Position numbers and translations under genes: made by a program. A DNA stretch of 64,000 nt from Actinomycetes bacterium (GTDB lineage: Bacteria > Actinomycetota > Acidimicrobiia > Acidimicrobiales > JAJYXR01), in assembly GCA_021801525.1 (NCBI GenBank), contig JAJYXW010000123.1:1766-65765 (forward strand), in the 5' to 3' direction. The notes under the pieces were generated by a model. The model did no database searches. It was not told where the DNA came from and was given only the letters and a program-made list of their open reading frames with translations. This document shows positions 53,301 to 60,691 of this stretch, piece after piece. How positions within the stretch are numbered: position 1 is the first letter of the stretch; the number at the start of each line of letters is the position of its first letter.

Positions 53301-55672
53301 CGAGCAGCGGGACTTGCTACGCGACCGGCTTTACCACCGCCAGCATCACGACTTCCAGTGGCACGACGGAGCAGGGCCTTCCGACGGGCCCGGTACTCGA
53401 AGTCACGACCGACTCCGGAGCCACCTGGTCACCGCAGGATGCCTCGGTGCCCGCAGGCGAGGTGCTTGGCCTCACAAGCGTGTCTTGCACCGGGAGCGCC
53501 ACCTGTGAGGCAGGGGGCGCTATAGGATCCAGCACATCGAGCTTCTCCTCGGGGACCTATAGCACAGCGATCCTCTCCCTGGGGTTCTCGTGCCCGCAGG
53601 TGTCCTCCGGGTCGAGCTCGCCGACCTCGTGCTCGAGCCTCACCGCATCGCCGGGCGCCGCGGATGTGATCCTGAGCGGGCTCGCGAACGGGACGACCTA
53701 CGTCGTGGAGGTGAGTGCCACGAACGCCTCAGGTGCCACGGGCCCGGTTGCCACCTCTAGCGAGGCCCTGGTCGGTGTCACTCCCGCGACCCCGCAGGTG
53801 AGTGTGGTCCCGCTTCTCCAGTCGGTCTACGCCACGTGGCAGAACATTGCCGGGACGGCCACGTCGGGACCCGTGACGAGCTATATGGTCGACCTCGAGT
53901 CCACCGGCCAGGGAGGCCAGCCCGAGGGTACGGTCCAGCAGTTCTCCCTGCCGTCGAGCGTCGACACGTGGACCTTCAACTCCCTTGTGACTGGGGCGAC
54001 CTATTTTGTCTACGTGGCCGCCATCAACTCGGCTGGAGCATCGGGCTTCGGGATCTCCTCCAATGTGACGCTCGCGGCCAGGACCAGCGCCTCGGGCAGA
54101 GTCGTCGCGCTGGCAAGCCTGCATCGAGGGGTCGGCTACTACGCGGCGACCTCGGCGGGTTACGTCTACACCTTCGGGGACGCGCTTTTCTACGGAGACC
54201 TGCCCGCGTTGGCGGTCACGCCTGCCAAGCCGATCGTGGGCATGGCCGTAACCCCCGATGACCGCGGGTACTGGCTCGTCGGCGCCGACGGTGGGGTGTA
54301 CTCCTTCGGCGACGCTGGTTTCTACGGATCGATCCCCGGGGAGGCACCGGGCCAGGGGATAGCCCTGAGCGGGGCGGTGACCGGAATGGCGGCCACCCCA
54401 AGTGGCGCAGGCTACTGGCTCGTGGACTCAGGCGGAGGCGTCCACCCCTTCGGCGATGCCCGCTATTTCGGAGACCTCCCAGCGTTCGAGATCAAGCCGG
54501 CGAAGCCGGTTGTGGGTATCACTGCGATGCCTGGCGGGCTGGGCTACTGGCTAGCCGGCGCGGACGGCGGGGTCTTCGCGTTCGGCGACCAGGATGCTGA
54601 CAACGACTCAGCGGGCACCGACTTCGACAACGACTCTGGATCGGATTCCTCGTTCTACGGCTCCCTCGCCGGCACGCCCCTGAATGCGCCAGTGGTCGGG
54701 ATCGCATCCACCCCAGGCGGACGGGGCTACTGGCTGGTAGCTGCCGATGGGGGCGTCTTCAGCCTCGGCTCCGCCCAGTTCCACGGGTCCATGGGCGGGA
54801 AGTCCCTTGTTGGACCGGTAGTCGCCATGGCAACTACGCCGGGCGGCAACGGATATTGGCTGGCTGGCACCTACGGAGGGATCTTCAGCTTCGGAACGGC
54901 TATCTACCAGGGGAACGCCTTTCTGCCGCCTCCCCCGCCCGCCACCCCTACTCCCGCTCCTTCGAGCGGGACCTGCGTAGCTGGGCCGAGCGGCGCCTGC
55001 TGGGGCGTGGACACCACTTCGGTCATCGACCAGACTCTGGCGTACAGCGCGATCGTAGCCAGTGTGGGAACACCCGAGTTCATCGGGAGATACTTCGCCT
55101 CCGGTCCAATGGTCGGAACGCCACTCCAACGGTCAGAGGCTGCCGACATCCATAGCCATGGTGCATCGATCTTACTCATCGTATCTCCGAACAATGCCCA
55201 GCTTGTCGGATCCACAGTCGGGAAGAACGAAGCGCAAGCCGCTATCATAGCAGCAGAGGAGCTTGGAGTACCTAGCGGCGCTGCGATCTTCAGGGATGCG
55301 GAACCATCCTACACGATCAATTCAAGCTACATTGAAGCCTGGGTGGGAGAGTTCGACGGCTCTCCCTATACGCCAGGCTTCTACGAGAACTCGTACTCTC
55401 CGAACAATGCATTCCCTCAAGCTTATGACGCTGCGGTCGCAGCAAGTCACTCGATTGGCAGCAAGGTCGTGCTCTATGCGAGCGAACCCGAGCCCTACGG
55501 AAAGGACTACACTGAGAAGACGGCGTTACCCTGGCATCCAGCCACTCCACCTCAGAAGAATACGACGGTTGCCTGGCAGTACAAGGAGCCTGGCCCGCTC
55601 CCTGGGTACCCGAAGGTTGACCTCGACGAGGTATTGCCTCAATACTCCAACCTGCTCTGGGGCGGCGGCTGA
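50363..55672 (+). CDS. giant secreted multidomain protein: Kelch-like repeats, FN3 x3, Asp-box (BNR) propeller, FN3 x2, ~40-aa GYWL..DGGVF.FGDA repeats, Pro linker, DUF1906 (Rv2525c-like glycoside-hydrolase-like) domain
   Basis: Domain signatures were read from the translation: TWAWNGANWVKL.P..SPPARS x4; FN3-like xVxWxxPxxxGGxxIxxYxV; six SxDxGxTW Asp-boxes; about seven GYWLxxxDGGVFxFGDAxFYGS units; and a C-terminal DUF1906-like segment. The true 5' end is unresolved (see the G10 finding). The track start at GTG 50363 falls in the middle of the signal-peptide h-region. Confidence 0.8.
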   Translation: MLLGATADAQGVELPSGGVGASPASPGSPVCDPTLLTPRSGAVTAEAPPVAGSPGTGSSAGVLVAFGGEGPGGLLADTWVFADGAWKLLHPATSPPARYGASFAYDPTARQDILFGGIGAGGLPLDDTWAWDGSNWVELHPAASPPARSAAAFAYGPIRRGALAGMALPVTAKVPAGSGISGTSQAGGPSADFPQSRGDGGHGLVLFGGRSASGAPLAGTWAWNGANWVKLAPATSPPARSAAAFAYGPIPHRSPPAYRPPASATSRGSAHGASQGSPPKSTAAPGDHGHGDILFGGSGTSGLLGGTWAWNGANWVKLAPSTFPSARSAAGFSYDASIHSYVLTGGSGVSVSSAGSGTQQVSLSGTWGFALSNWARLASGATAPGAPSGVSAEGGNGQATVAWSAPGSDGGAPVSAYVVTAIPSGKKVTVTGACPVALRATIRGLSDGSSYFFTVKALNAAGISPSSGPSAPVTPVGPPLAPTGVFATAGNAEAAVSWVTPADNGKAISSYTVTTSPSCPSCSGLVVIGKQPATSTTVRGLANGTPYTFVVRATNDRGSGPPSTASASVTPSARTGPPGAVRDLQVLPEAGQVKVRFEPPASNGGSAITSYRVSATPAVSPQGQAEAEPAMRRSEIAARSVASGSGVSPACLLWWSGSCALYPPRTSSSPDPAGTWVLQSASAPPDSVVTDMSCANPEDCTAVGLVSNGTPSISNLPGPLVLVTRDGGASWADIPVPVTATELLGVSCASSSSCVAVGTNDFVSSTGTSLDPVTLFTSDAGATWHEGSIPAGLSALTGVSCPSSSDCFALGYENATATQQASTAVISSTDGGATWQVSASFPALGFSPFVIGGIACAYTSTCLAVGITYSFSTSGTSPATLVAPASVETTDGGATWALSPMGSAVSTSSGAPVPVPVRVSCPSASSCMAVGVSGGFFGQSAPPTPLAWSTSDGGSTWSESQPDAGLPAGASGVLYGVSCPSSGTCYATGFTTASITTSSGTTEQGLPTGPVLEVTTDSGATWSPQDASVPAGEVLGLTSVSCTGSATCEAGGAIGSSTSSFSSGTYSTAILSLGFSCPQVSSGSSSPTSCSSLTASPGAADVILSGLANGTTYVVEVSATNASGATGPVATSSEALVGVTPATPQVSVVPLLQSVYATWQNIAGTATSGPVTSYMVDLESTGQGGQPEGTVQQFSLPSSVDTWTFNSLVTGATYFVYVAAINSAGASGFGISSNVTLAARTSASGRVVALASLHRGVGYYAATSAGYVYTFGDALFYGDLPALAVTPAKPIVGMAVTPDDRGYWLVGADGGVYSFGDAGFYGSIPGEAPGQGIALSGAVTGMAATPSGAGYWLVDSGGGVHPFGDARYFGDLPAFEIKPAKPVVGITAMPGGLGYWLAGADGGVFAFGDQDADNDSAGTDFDNDSGSDSSFYGSLAGTPLNAPVVGIASTPGGRGYWLVAADGGVFSLGSAQFHGSMGGKSLVGPVVAMATTPGGNGYWLAGTYGGIFSFGTAIYQGNAFLPPPPPATPTPAPSSGTCVAGPSGACWGVDTTSVIDQTLAYSAIVASVGTPEFIGRYFASGPMVGTPLQRSEAADIHSHGASILLIVSPNNAQLVGSTVGKNEAQAAIIAAEELGVPSGAAIFRDAEPSYTINSSYIEAWVGEFDGSPYTPGFYENSYSPNNAFPQAYDAAVAASHSIGSKVVLYASEPEPYGKDYTEKTALPWHPATPPQKNTTVAWQYKEPGPLPGYPKVDLDEVLPQYSNLLWGGG
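55469..55592 (+). repeat. 124-nt tract near-identical to 56541-56664 (copy 1)
   Basis: Base-by-base comparison found 1 mismatch in 124 nt (55563 g vs 56635 c). The flanks are much more diverged. Confidence 0.9.
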
Positions 55673-56343
55673 TGCCGCGGAGCTCCAGTACCGCTCTGGC
55701 GGCTGTGGCATTGCTCTTGCTTCTCGGGGCGTGCGGCACCGTACGTGGCACTCCGGCTCCTCGCGCGGAGGCGAAGCCCTCGTCGTCCAGTGCTCCACCC
55801 AGGTCGATCTCGAAGCCGACGGTGGCGCAGTCCACTACGACCACTTCCTCGGCGGTCTCATCTGAGCCAACCGGCAGTTCGAGCCCCACGTGCCTGCCTT
55901 CGGACCTTCGCCTCGCCTACGCCTTCAGTGCACAGACTCTGATGCAACAGTCGGCCGCGTTCTTCAGCTTCACCAATACAGATGTCCGCTCGTGCTGGCT
56001 TCAAGGATATCCAGGCGTTGAAGCGCTCACTGCCTCCGGCTCGGTGATCAATATGCCGTTTGTTCGCAGGGTGCCCTATCCAATCCCGATGGCACCTTGC
56101 CCTTGCCGGTTCACGGTCGCTCCAGGTCACCTGCTCTACTTTGCGATTGGCTGGTCTCCGGTTAGCCAGCCATTTGGGAATACGGCAGGCTGCGAGACGT
56201 CAGGTACATTGCTGGTATACCCTCCCAATACCACCCGTCAGCTCACTGTGAGCTTCTCCGCTCTGCTATGCCCAAATTCTGAGGCGGTTACTCCCGTAGG
56301 GCCTATATCAGGCTTCTATCACGCTTCGCATAGCCTGAAATGA
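55672..56343 (+). CDS. DUF4232-like lipoprotein (copy 1)
   Basis: The lipobox is LLLLGAC-G. The motif C.PSDLRL...FFSFTNT...CWLQGYPGVEAL...LLVYPPNTT is present. The ATG overlaps the giant-gene stop (TGATG). Confidence 0.7.
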   Translation: MPRSSSTALAAVALLLLLGACGTVRGTPAPRAEAKPSSSSAPPRSISKPTVAQSTTTTSSAVSSEPTGSSSPTCLPSDLRLAYAFSAQTLMQQSAAFFSFTNTDVRSCWLQGYPGVEALTASGSVINMPFVRRVPYPIPMAPCPCRFTVAPGHLLYFAIGWSPVSQPFGNTAGCETSGTLLVYPPNTTRQLTVSFSALLCPNSEAVTPVGPISGFYHASHSLK

Positions 56344-56369
56344 TTGCTGGAATGATTGGATCTTAGCCT

Positions 56370-56759
56370 ATGGCTACCGTGATAAGGCCCCTAGCATCTA
56401 TCGCTGCCATCCCAATCGGGGCACCGACGATCGACGATACTCACTACACCGCGGGCTTCTACGAGGACGCTCTGAACGGGGACTTCGCAGGAGCTTACGA
56501 CACGGTCGTCCAAGCAGAGGCGGGCATCGGAAGCTCGGTAGTGCTCTATGCGAGCGAACCCGAGCCCTACGGAAAGGACTACACTGAGAAGACGGCGTTA
56601 CCCTGGCATCCAGCCACTCCACCTCAGAAGAATACCACGGTTGCCTGGCAGTACAAGGAGCCTGACCTGCTCCCTCCGTACCCGAACCCGGACCTCGAGA
56701 GCGTGGACCTCGACGAGGCCAAGCCTCAATACTCCAACCTGCTATGCGGCAGCGGCTGA
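56370..56759 (+). pseudogene. 129-codon ORF homologous only to the C-terminal part of the DUF1906-like domain (probable duplication remnant)
   Basis: GFYEDALNGDFAGAYDTVVQAEAGIGSSVVLYASEPEPYGKDYTEKTALPWHPATPPQKNTTVAWQYKEP... aligns with the last ~110 aa of the giant protein. The rest of the domain is absent. Confidence 0.45.
56541..56664 (+). repeat. 124-nt tract near-identical to 55469-55592 (copy 2)
   Basis: Same comparison as copy 1. The offset between copies is 1072 nt. Confidence 0.9.
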
Positions 56760-57472
56760 TGCGGCGGCACGGGCTGGCCGTGGTGGCCATTTCGCTCTCT
56801 CTGCTTCTCGGGGCGTGCGGCACTTCACATCCCAAGCCGGTTGCCCGGGAGAGGAGCGAACCCTCACCGTCAACGACGCTAGCGGGCCCGCTGCCGAGCC
56901 CGACAGTCACCTCGCCGAGTACCGGCAACACGTTGCCGAGTACCGTCAACACATCGCCCGGTGCTTCGAAGGCACCGGTCTCGAGCATCGTTATGTGCGA
57001 GCCCGATGCGCTCCGATTGAACTACCTGGTTAATGCCCAGCCTACGATGAACCAATCCGGTGCCTTCTTCAGCTTCACCAATACCGGAGCAGTACCGTGC
57101 TGGATGCAGGGCTACCCGGGCGTCGAGGCGCTCACCGCATCGGGCGCGGTCGCGCCGATAGCGTTCCAGCGTGCCGTAGCCTTCTTGATCCCCGAGCAGC
57201 CGTGCCCGTGCCGGTTCAGAGTCTCTCCGGGTGGTCGGCTCTACTTCGCGATTGACATCTCGCCTGTGAACATGCCGGAAGGCGGCTCTGAAGCAGGTTG
57301 CATCGAATCGGCCAAGCTTCTCGTCTACCCTCCGAATACCACCTCCCAGCTCGAAGTGACTTTCGATGCGGTCATGTGCCCACCGCACAATGATGTGGGA
57401 CCCGTTGGTCCGGCCTCTGCGTTCGGGCCTTATGGGCCGGAGTTGCACGGGGCTGGAAGAGGCGGGAGATGA
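56744..57472 (+). CDS. DUF4232-like lipoprotein (copy 2)
   Basis: The lipobox is LSLLLGAC-G. It is a paralog of 55672..56343, with roughly half the positions identical by eye. An alternative start at ATG 56759 reproduces the TGATG overlap seen in copy 1. Confidence 0.7.
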   Translation: MRQRLMRRHGLAVVAISLSLLLGACGTSHPKPVARERSEPSPSTTLAGPLPSPTVTSPSTGNTLPSTVNTSPGASKAPVSSIVMCEPDALRLNYLVNAQPTMNQSGAFFSFTNTGAVPCWMQGYPGVEALTASGAVAPIAFQRAVAFLIPEQPCPCRFRVSPGGRLYFAIDISPVNMPEGGSEAGCIESAKLLVYPPNTTSQLEVTFDAVMCPPHNDVGPVGPASAFGPYGPELHGAGRGGR

Positions 57473-58743
57473 GTATGGGGGAGTCCAGGCCTGAGCGTCG
57501 AGTACGCCGTGTACGTGCGCGAAGCGTCCGCTGGGCCGTGCTGGTCGTGCTCGGCGTCTTGTCCGGCCTCGTGCTCGCAACTGGCAGGCATGGCGCGCAT
57601 GGCAGGAATCTCCTTGGCAGCGGCGTGGCTGCTCCAGCGGGTAGTGCTCGGATTGGTGACGCTGCCAAAGGTGTACACAGCCGCTACTACGCAGGCTCAT
57701 CTCGTGGCGCGGTGATCGGAGGGGGGATGGCTGCCGCTGAAGGGCAGAGCTATCTCTTCGGCGCAGGTCCGGGTCTCGGGGGGATCGTGGCCGAGTCCGG
57801 CATCACGGTCGGGGCCGGGCGCGCCTGGCTTGCCGGGAGATCCGGCGGCCAGAGCTTCCTGTATACCGGCTCGGCACGCGGGGGACTCACGTCCGTGGCG
57901 AGGCTTTCCCACGAGGGCGTCGCGGTTGCAGCGGGCGCGACAGCTATTTGGGTCGCGGAGGCTGTTCCAGCGCGCAAGGTGGGATCCCCCCGCCGGCTCC
58001 TCCTGGTCCGATATGCCTACAAGGCCGAAACCGTGCCCCGGGTGCTCGCGTCATCGGCGCTTTCGGCGCTCTCGGTCACTGGCGTAGCGCTCGCCGTTCT
58101 GCCTGGCGAGCTGGACGTGATCGGTGCAAGCAGGCAGGCGAGCGCTTCGCCAGGCATGCTGGTCCGGATCTCACGCCCTGGCGGGTCGGTGCTCGGCTCG
58201 ATCCCCCTGCCCGGCCTTCCAGATGCTGCCCTAGCCAGCGGGTCGGCGGTCTTCGTGAGCATGGCGACCCCGCCAAGCAGTTCGGCTACCGGCACCGTCC
58301 TCGAGGGTGTCGAGCCAGCCCAGGGGAACGTGGTGTCGAGGGTGAGCGTGCCCGACGGATACGAGCCGGATGTTCAGGCGGGGAGCGATATATGGGGTGT
58401 TACTACAGCGAACGGCCAGCTCGTGGAGGTGGACCCGGAAACCGGCGCGCTCGTGCATCAGGTGCTCTTGTCGAGCAACGGGCTGTTCGTTCCAGCCGCC
58501 GCCCTGGTGGGGACTGGGACGCGGCTCTATGTCGTATCGAGCTCCATCCCGTCCGGAACAGCAGGACCGGCCCAGCCACCTTCGATGTTCATGGTGTCTG
58601 CGGGACACGGACACGTGAAGGCGAGCCTACCGATCCCGATCAAATCGCTAGCAGCTCGCCCAGGCTGCGTCGCCCTTGCTCCGGGGGCGATGTGGGTGGA
58701 GGGGAGCAGCGAAGTGCTACGCCTGCCCTTCGGCGGCGGCTGA
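57469..58743 (+). CDS. N-terminally membrane-anchored protein of unknown function (Gly/Ala/Ser/Val-rich ectodomain)
   Basis: The basic N-terminus RRVRRVRARSVRW is followed by the TM helix AVLVVLGVLSGLVLA. There is an ATGA overlap with the upstream stop. No family was recognised. Confidence 0.55.
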   Translation: MSMGESRPERRVRRVRARSVRWAVLVVLGVLSGLVLATGRHGAHGRNLLGSGVAAPAGSARIGDAAKGVHSRYYAGSSRGAVIGGGMAAAEGQSYLFGAGPGLGGIVAESGITVGAGRAWLAGRSGGQSFLYTGSARGGLTSVARLSHEGVAVAAGATAIWVAEAVPARKVGSPRRLLLVRYAYKAETVPRVLASSALSALSVTGVALAVLPGELDVIGASRQASASPGMLVRISRPGGSVLGSIPLPGLPDAALASGSAVFVSMATPPSSSATGTVLEGVEPAQGNVVSRVSVPDGYEPDVQAGSDIWGVTTANGQLVEVDPETGALVHQVLLSSNGLFVPAAALVGTGTRLYVVSSSIPSGTAGPAQPPSMFMVSAGHGHVKASLPIPIKSLAARPGCVALAPGAMWVEGSSEVLRLPFGGG

Positions 58744-58801
58744 GAGACGCGCGTTGCCGCGGGTGCGAATGGTACGGTGCCAAGCGTATGGTGTCTCCTC
58801 C

Positions 58802-60691
58802 ATGAGCGAAACTCGCGGCGGAGCAGCCACCTCCATGCGTACCCACCTCTGCGGCGAGCTGCGCGCGGAGCACGCCGGGGAGACGGTGAAGCTGTGCGGA
58901 TGGGTCGCTCACAGGCGTGAGCACGGCGAGCACCTGGCGTTCGTGGACCTGCGCGACCGCAGCGGTGTGGTCCAGTGCGTGCTCGACGGCTCGGTGGAGG
59001 CACGCTCCGAGTGGGTGCTCCAGGTCGAGGGGCAGGTGCGCAGGCGCCCTGCGGGCTCCGAGAACAGCGATATCCCCACAGGCGAGGTGGAGCTCGCGCA
59101 ATGCGAGGTGACTGTTCTCTCCAAGGCGGAGACCCCGCCGTTCGGGCTCGACGAGCGTGTGGCGGCCGACGAGCACGCACGGCTGCGCTACCGCTATGTC
59201 GACCTCAGGCGCAAGCGGATGCAGGACAACCTGCGCATGCGCTCGCGGGTGCTGCAGGCGCTACGCGAGTCGATGCTCCGCCAGGGGTTCTGCGAGGTGG
59301 AGACGCCCTTATTGTGGACTCCCACCCCCGAGGGCGCCAGGGAGTTCGCGGTGCCTTCCAGGCTCAGGCGAGGGGAGTTCTACGTCCTGCCCCAGAGCCC
59401 TCAGATCGCGAAGCAGCTCCTCATGGTCGGAGGGATCGACCGGTACTTCCAGGTGGCACGCTGCCTGCGCGACGAGGACCTCCGGTCGGATCGGCAGTTC
59501 GAGTTCACCCAGTTGGACATCGAGGCCTCCTTCGTAAGTGCCTCCGACGTGCGTGACGCCGTCGCGGATGCGGTGCTGGCGGCGATGCGGGCCGCGCTCG
59601 ATGACCCGGGCGCCGGGGTGCCGCATGACCCAGGCGCCGGGGCGCCGCTCGCAGGGATCCCCGGTGGTATCGAGGTGCTCAGCTGGCACGACGCGATGGA
59701 TCGTTATGGAAGCGACAAGCCAGATCTCCGGATCGGCCGGCCGCTCGCGGACTGGACGGAGGTCTTCGCGAGGAGCGAGGTGCGCGCGCTGAGCGCGCCA
59801 GCCTGTAAGGCCCTGTGCATCCCCGGGGGGGCCAACCTCTCGCGCGCCAGGTTGGATGCCCTTGTGGACAGGGCAAAGGCCCTGGGCGCGGCGGGCCTTG
59901 CGTGGTTCAGGGTGGGAGAGCGGGATCCTGCGGGGAAGGCCGTCCTCGACTCGCCGCTCGACAAGTTCCTGACCGATGACCAGCGCGAGGCGATCGTCGG
60001 GGAGGCTGCTGCGGCACCGGGCGACCTGCTCCTCGCGGTGGCGTCCGAGTGGCGTCTCGCATGCGAGGTAATGGGCGCCCTGCGGGTCGAGACCGCAAGC
60101 TTGCCCGACGGCACGCCAGCCGGGTCGCCAGCCGCTCTTCGAGGCGGCATGCCAACAGCCGCGCGAGCCGTCACGCCAGGCTCCCTCGCTTACTGCTGGG
60201 TAGTGGACTTCCCGCTCTTCGACGGAGTCGACGAGGAAGGCATGCCGGTCCCGGCGCACCACCCGTTCACGATGCCGCACCCCGAGGACATCGAACGCCT
60301 CTCCTCGGACCCTGCCTCGGTTCGCGCCCTCGCGTACGACCTGGTGTTGAATGGCTGGGAGCTGGGTTCGGGGTCGATCCGTGTGCACGACCCGGACCTC
60401 CAGGCGAGCATTTTCGACGTGCTCGGCATTTCCGAGCAGGACGCTGAATCGCGCTTCGGGTTCTTGCTGCGAGCGCTTCGTTCGGGCGCCCCACCGCACG
60501 GCGGCTTCGCGGTCGGGGTGGACAGGTTCGTGGCGCTCCTTGCCGGCGAGGAGAGCATCCGAGAGGTCATCGCGTTCCCGAAGACCCAGTCAGGGGGTGA
60601 CCCTCTCACCGATGCCCCCAAGCCACTCGATGCTCGTGTCCTGGCCGAGCTGGGTCTCGCGCTGCGCGGCGAGCCGGGCAGTGGCAACTGA
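58802..60691 (+). CDS. aspS: aspartate--tRNA ligase
   Basis: MRTHLCGELR...GWVAHRREHGEHLAFVDLRDRSGVVQ...FYVLPQSPQIAKQLLMV...RCLRDEDLRSDRQFEFTQLD...GGFAVGVDR. The start is set at ATG 58802. Confidence 0.88.
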   Translation: MSETRGGAATSMRTHLCGELRAEHAGETVKLCGWVAHRREHGEHLAFVDLRDRSGVVQCVLDGSVEARSEWVLQVEGQVRRRPAGSENSDIPTGEVELAQCEVTVLSKAETPPFGLDERVAADEHARLRYRYVDLRRKRMQDNLRMRSRVLQALRESMLRQGFCEVETPLLWTPTPEGAREFAVPSRLRRGEFYVLPQSPQIAKQLLMVGGIDRYFQVARCLRDEDLRSDRQFEFTQLDIEASFVSASDVRDAVADAVLAAMRAALDDPGAGVPHDPGAGAPLAGIPGGIEVLSWHDAMDRYGSDKPDLRIGRPLADWTEVFARSEVRALSAPACKALCIPGGANLSRARLDALVDRAKALGAAGLAWFRVGERDPAGKAVLDSPLDKFLTDDQREAIVGEAAAAPGDLLLAVASEWRLACEVMGALRVETASLPDGTPAGSPAALRGGMPTAARAVTPGSLAYCWVVDFPLFDGVDEEGMPVPAHHPFTMPHPEDIERLSSDPASVRALAYDLVLNGWELGSGSIRVHDPDLQASIFDVLGISEQDAESRFGFLLRALRSGAPPHGGFAVGVDRFVALLAGEESIREVIAFPKTQSGGDPLTDAPKPLDARVLAELGLALRGEPGSGN

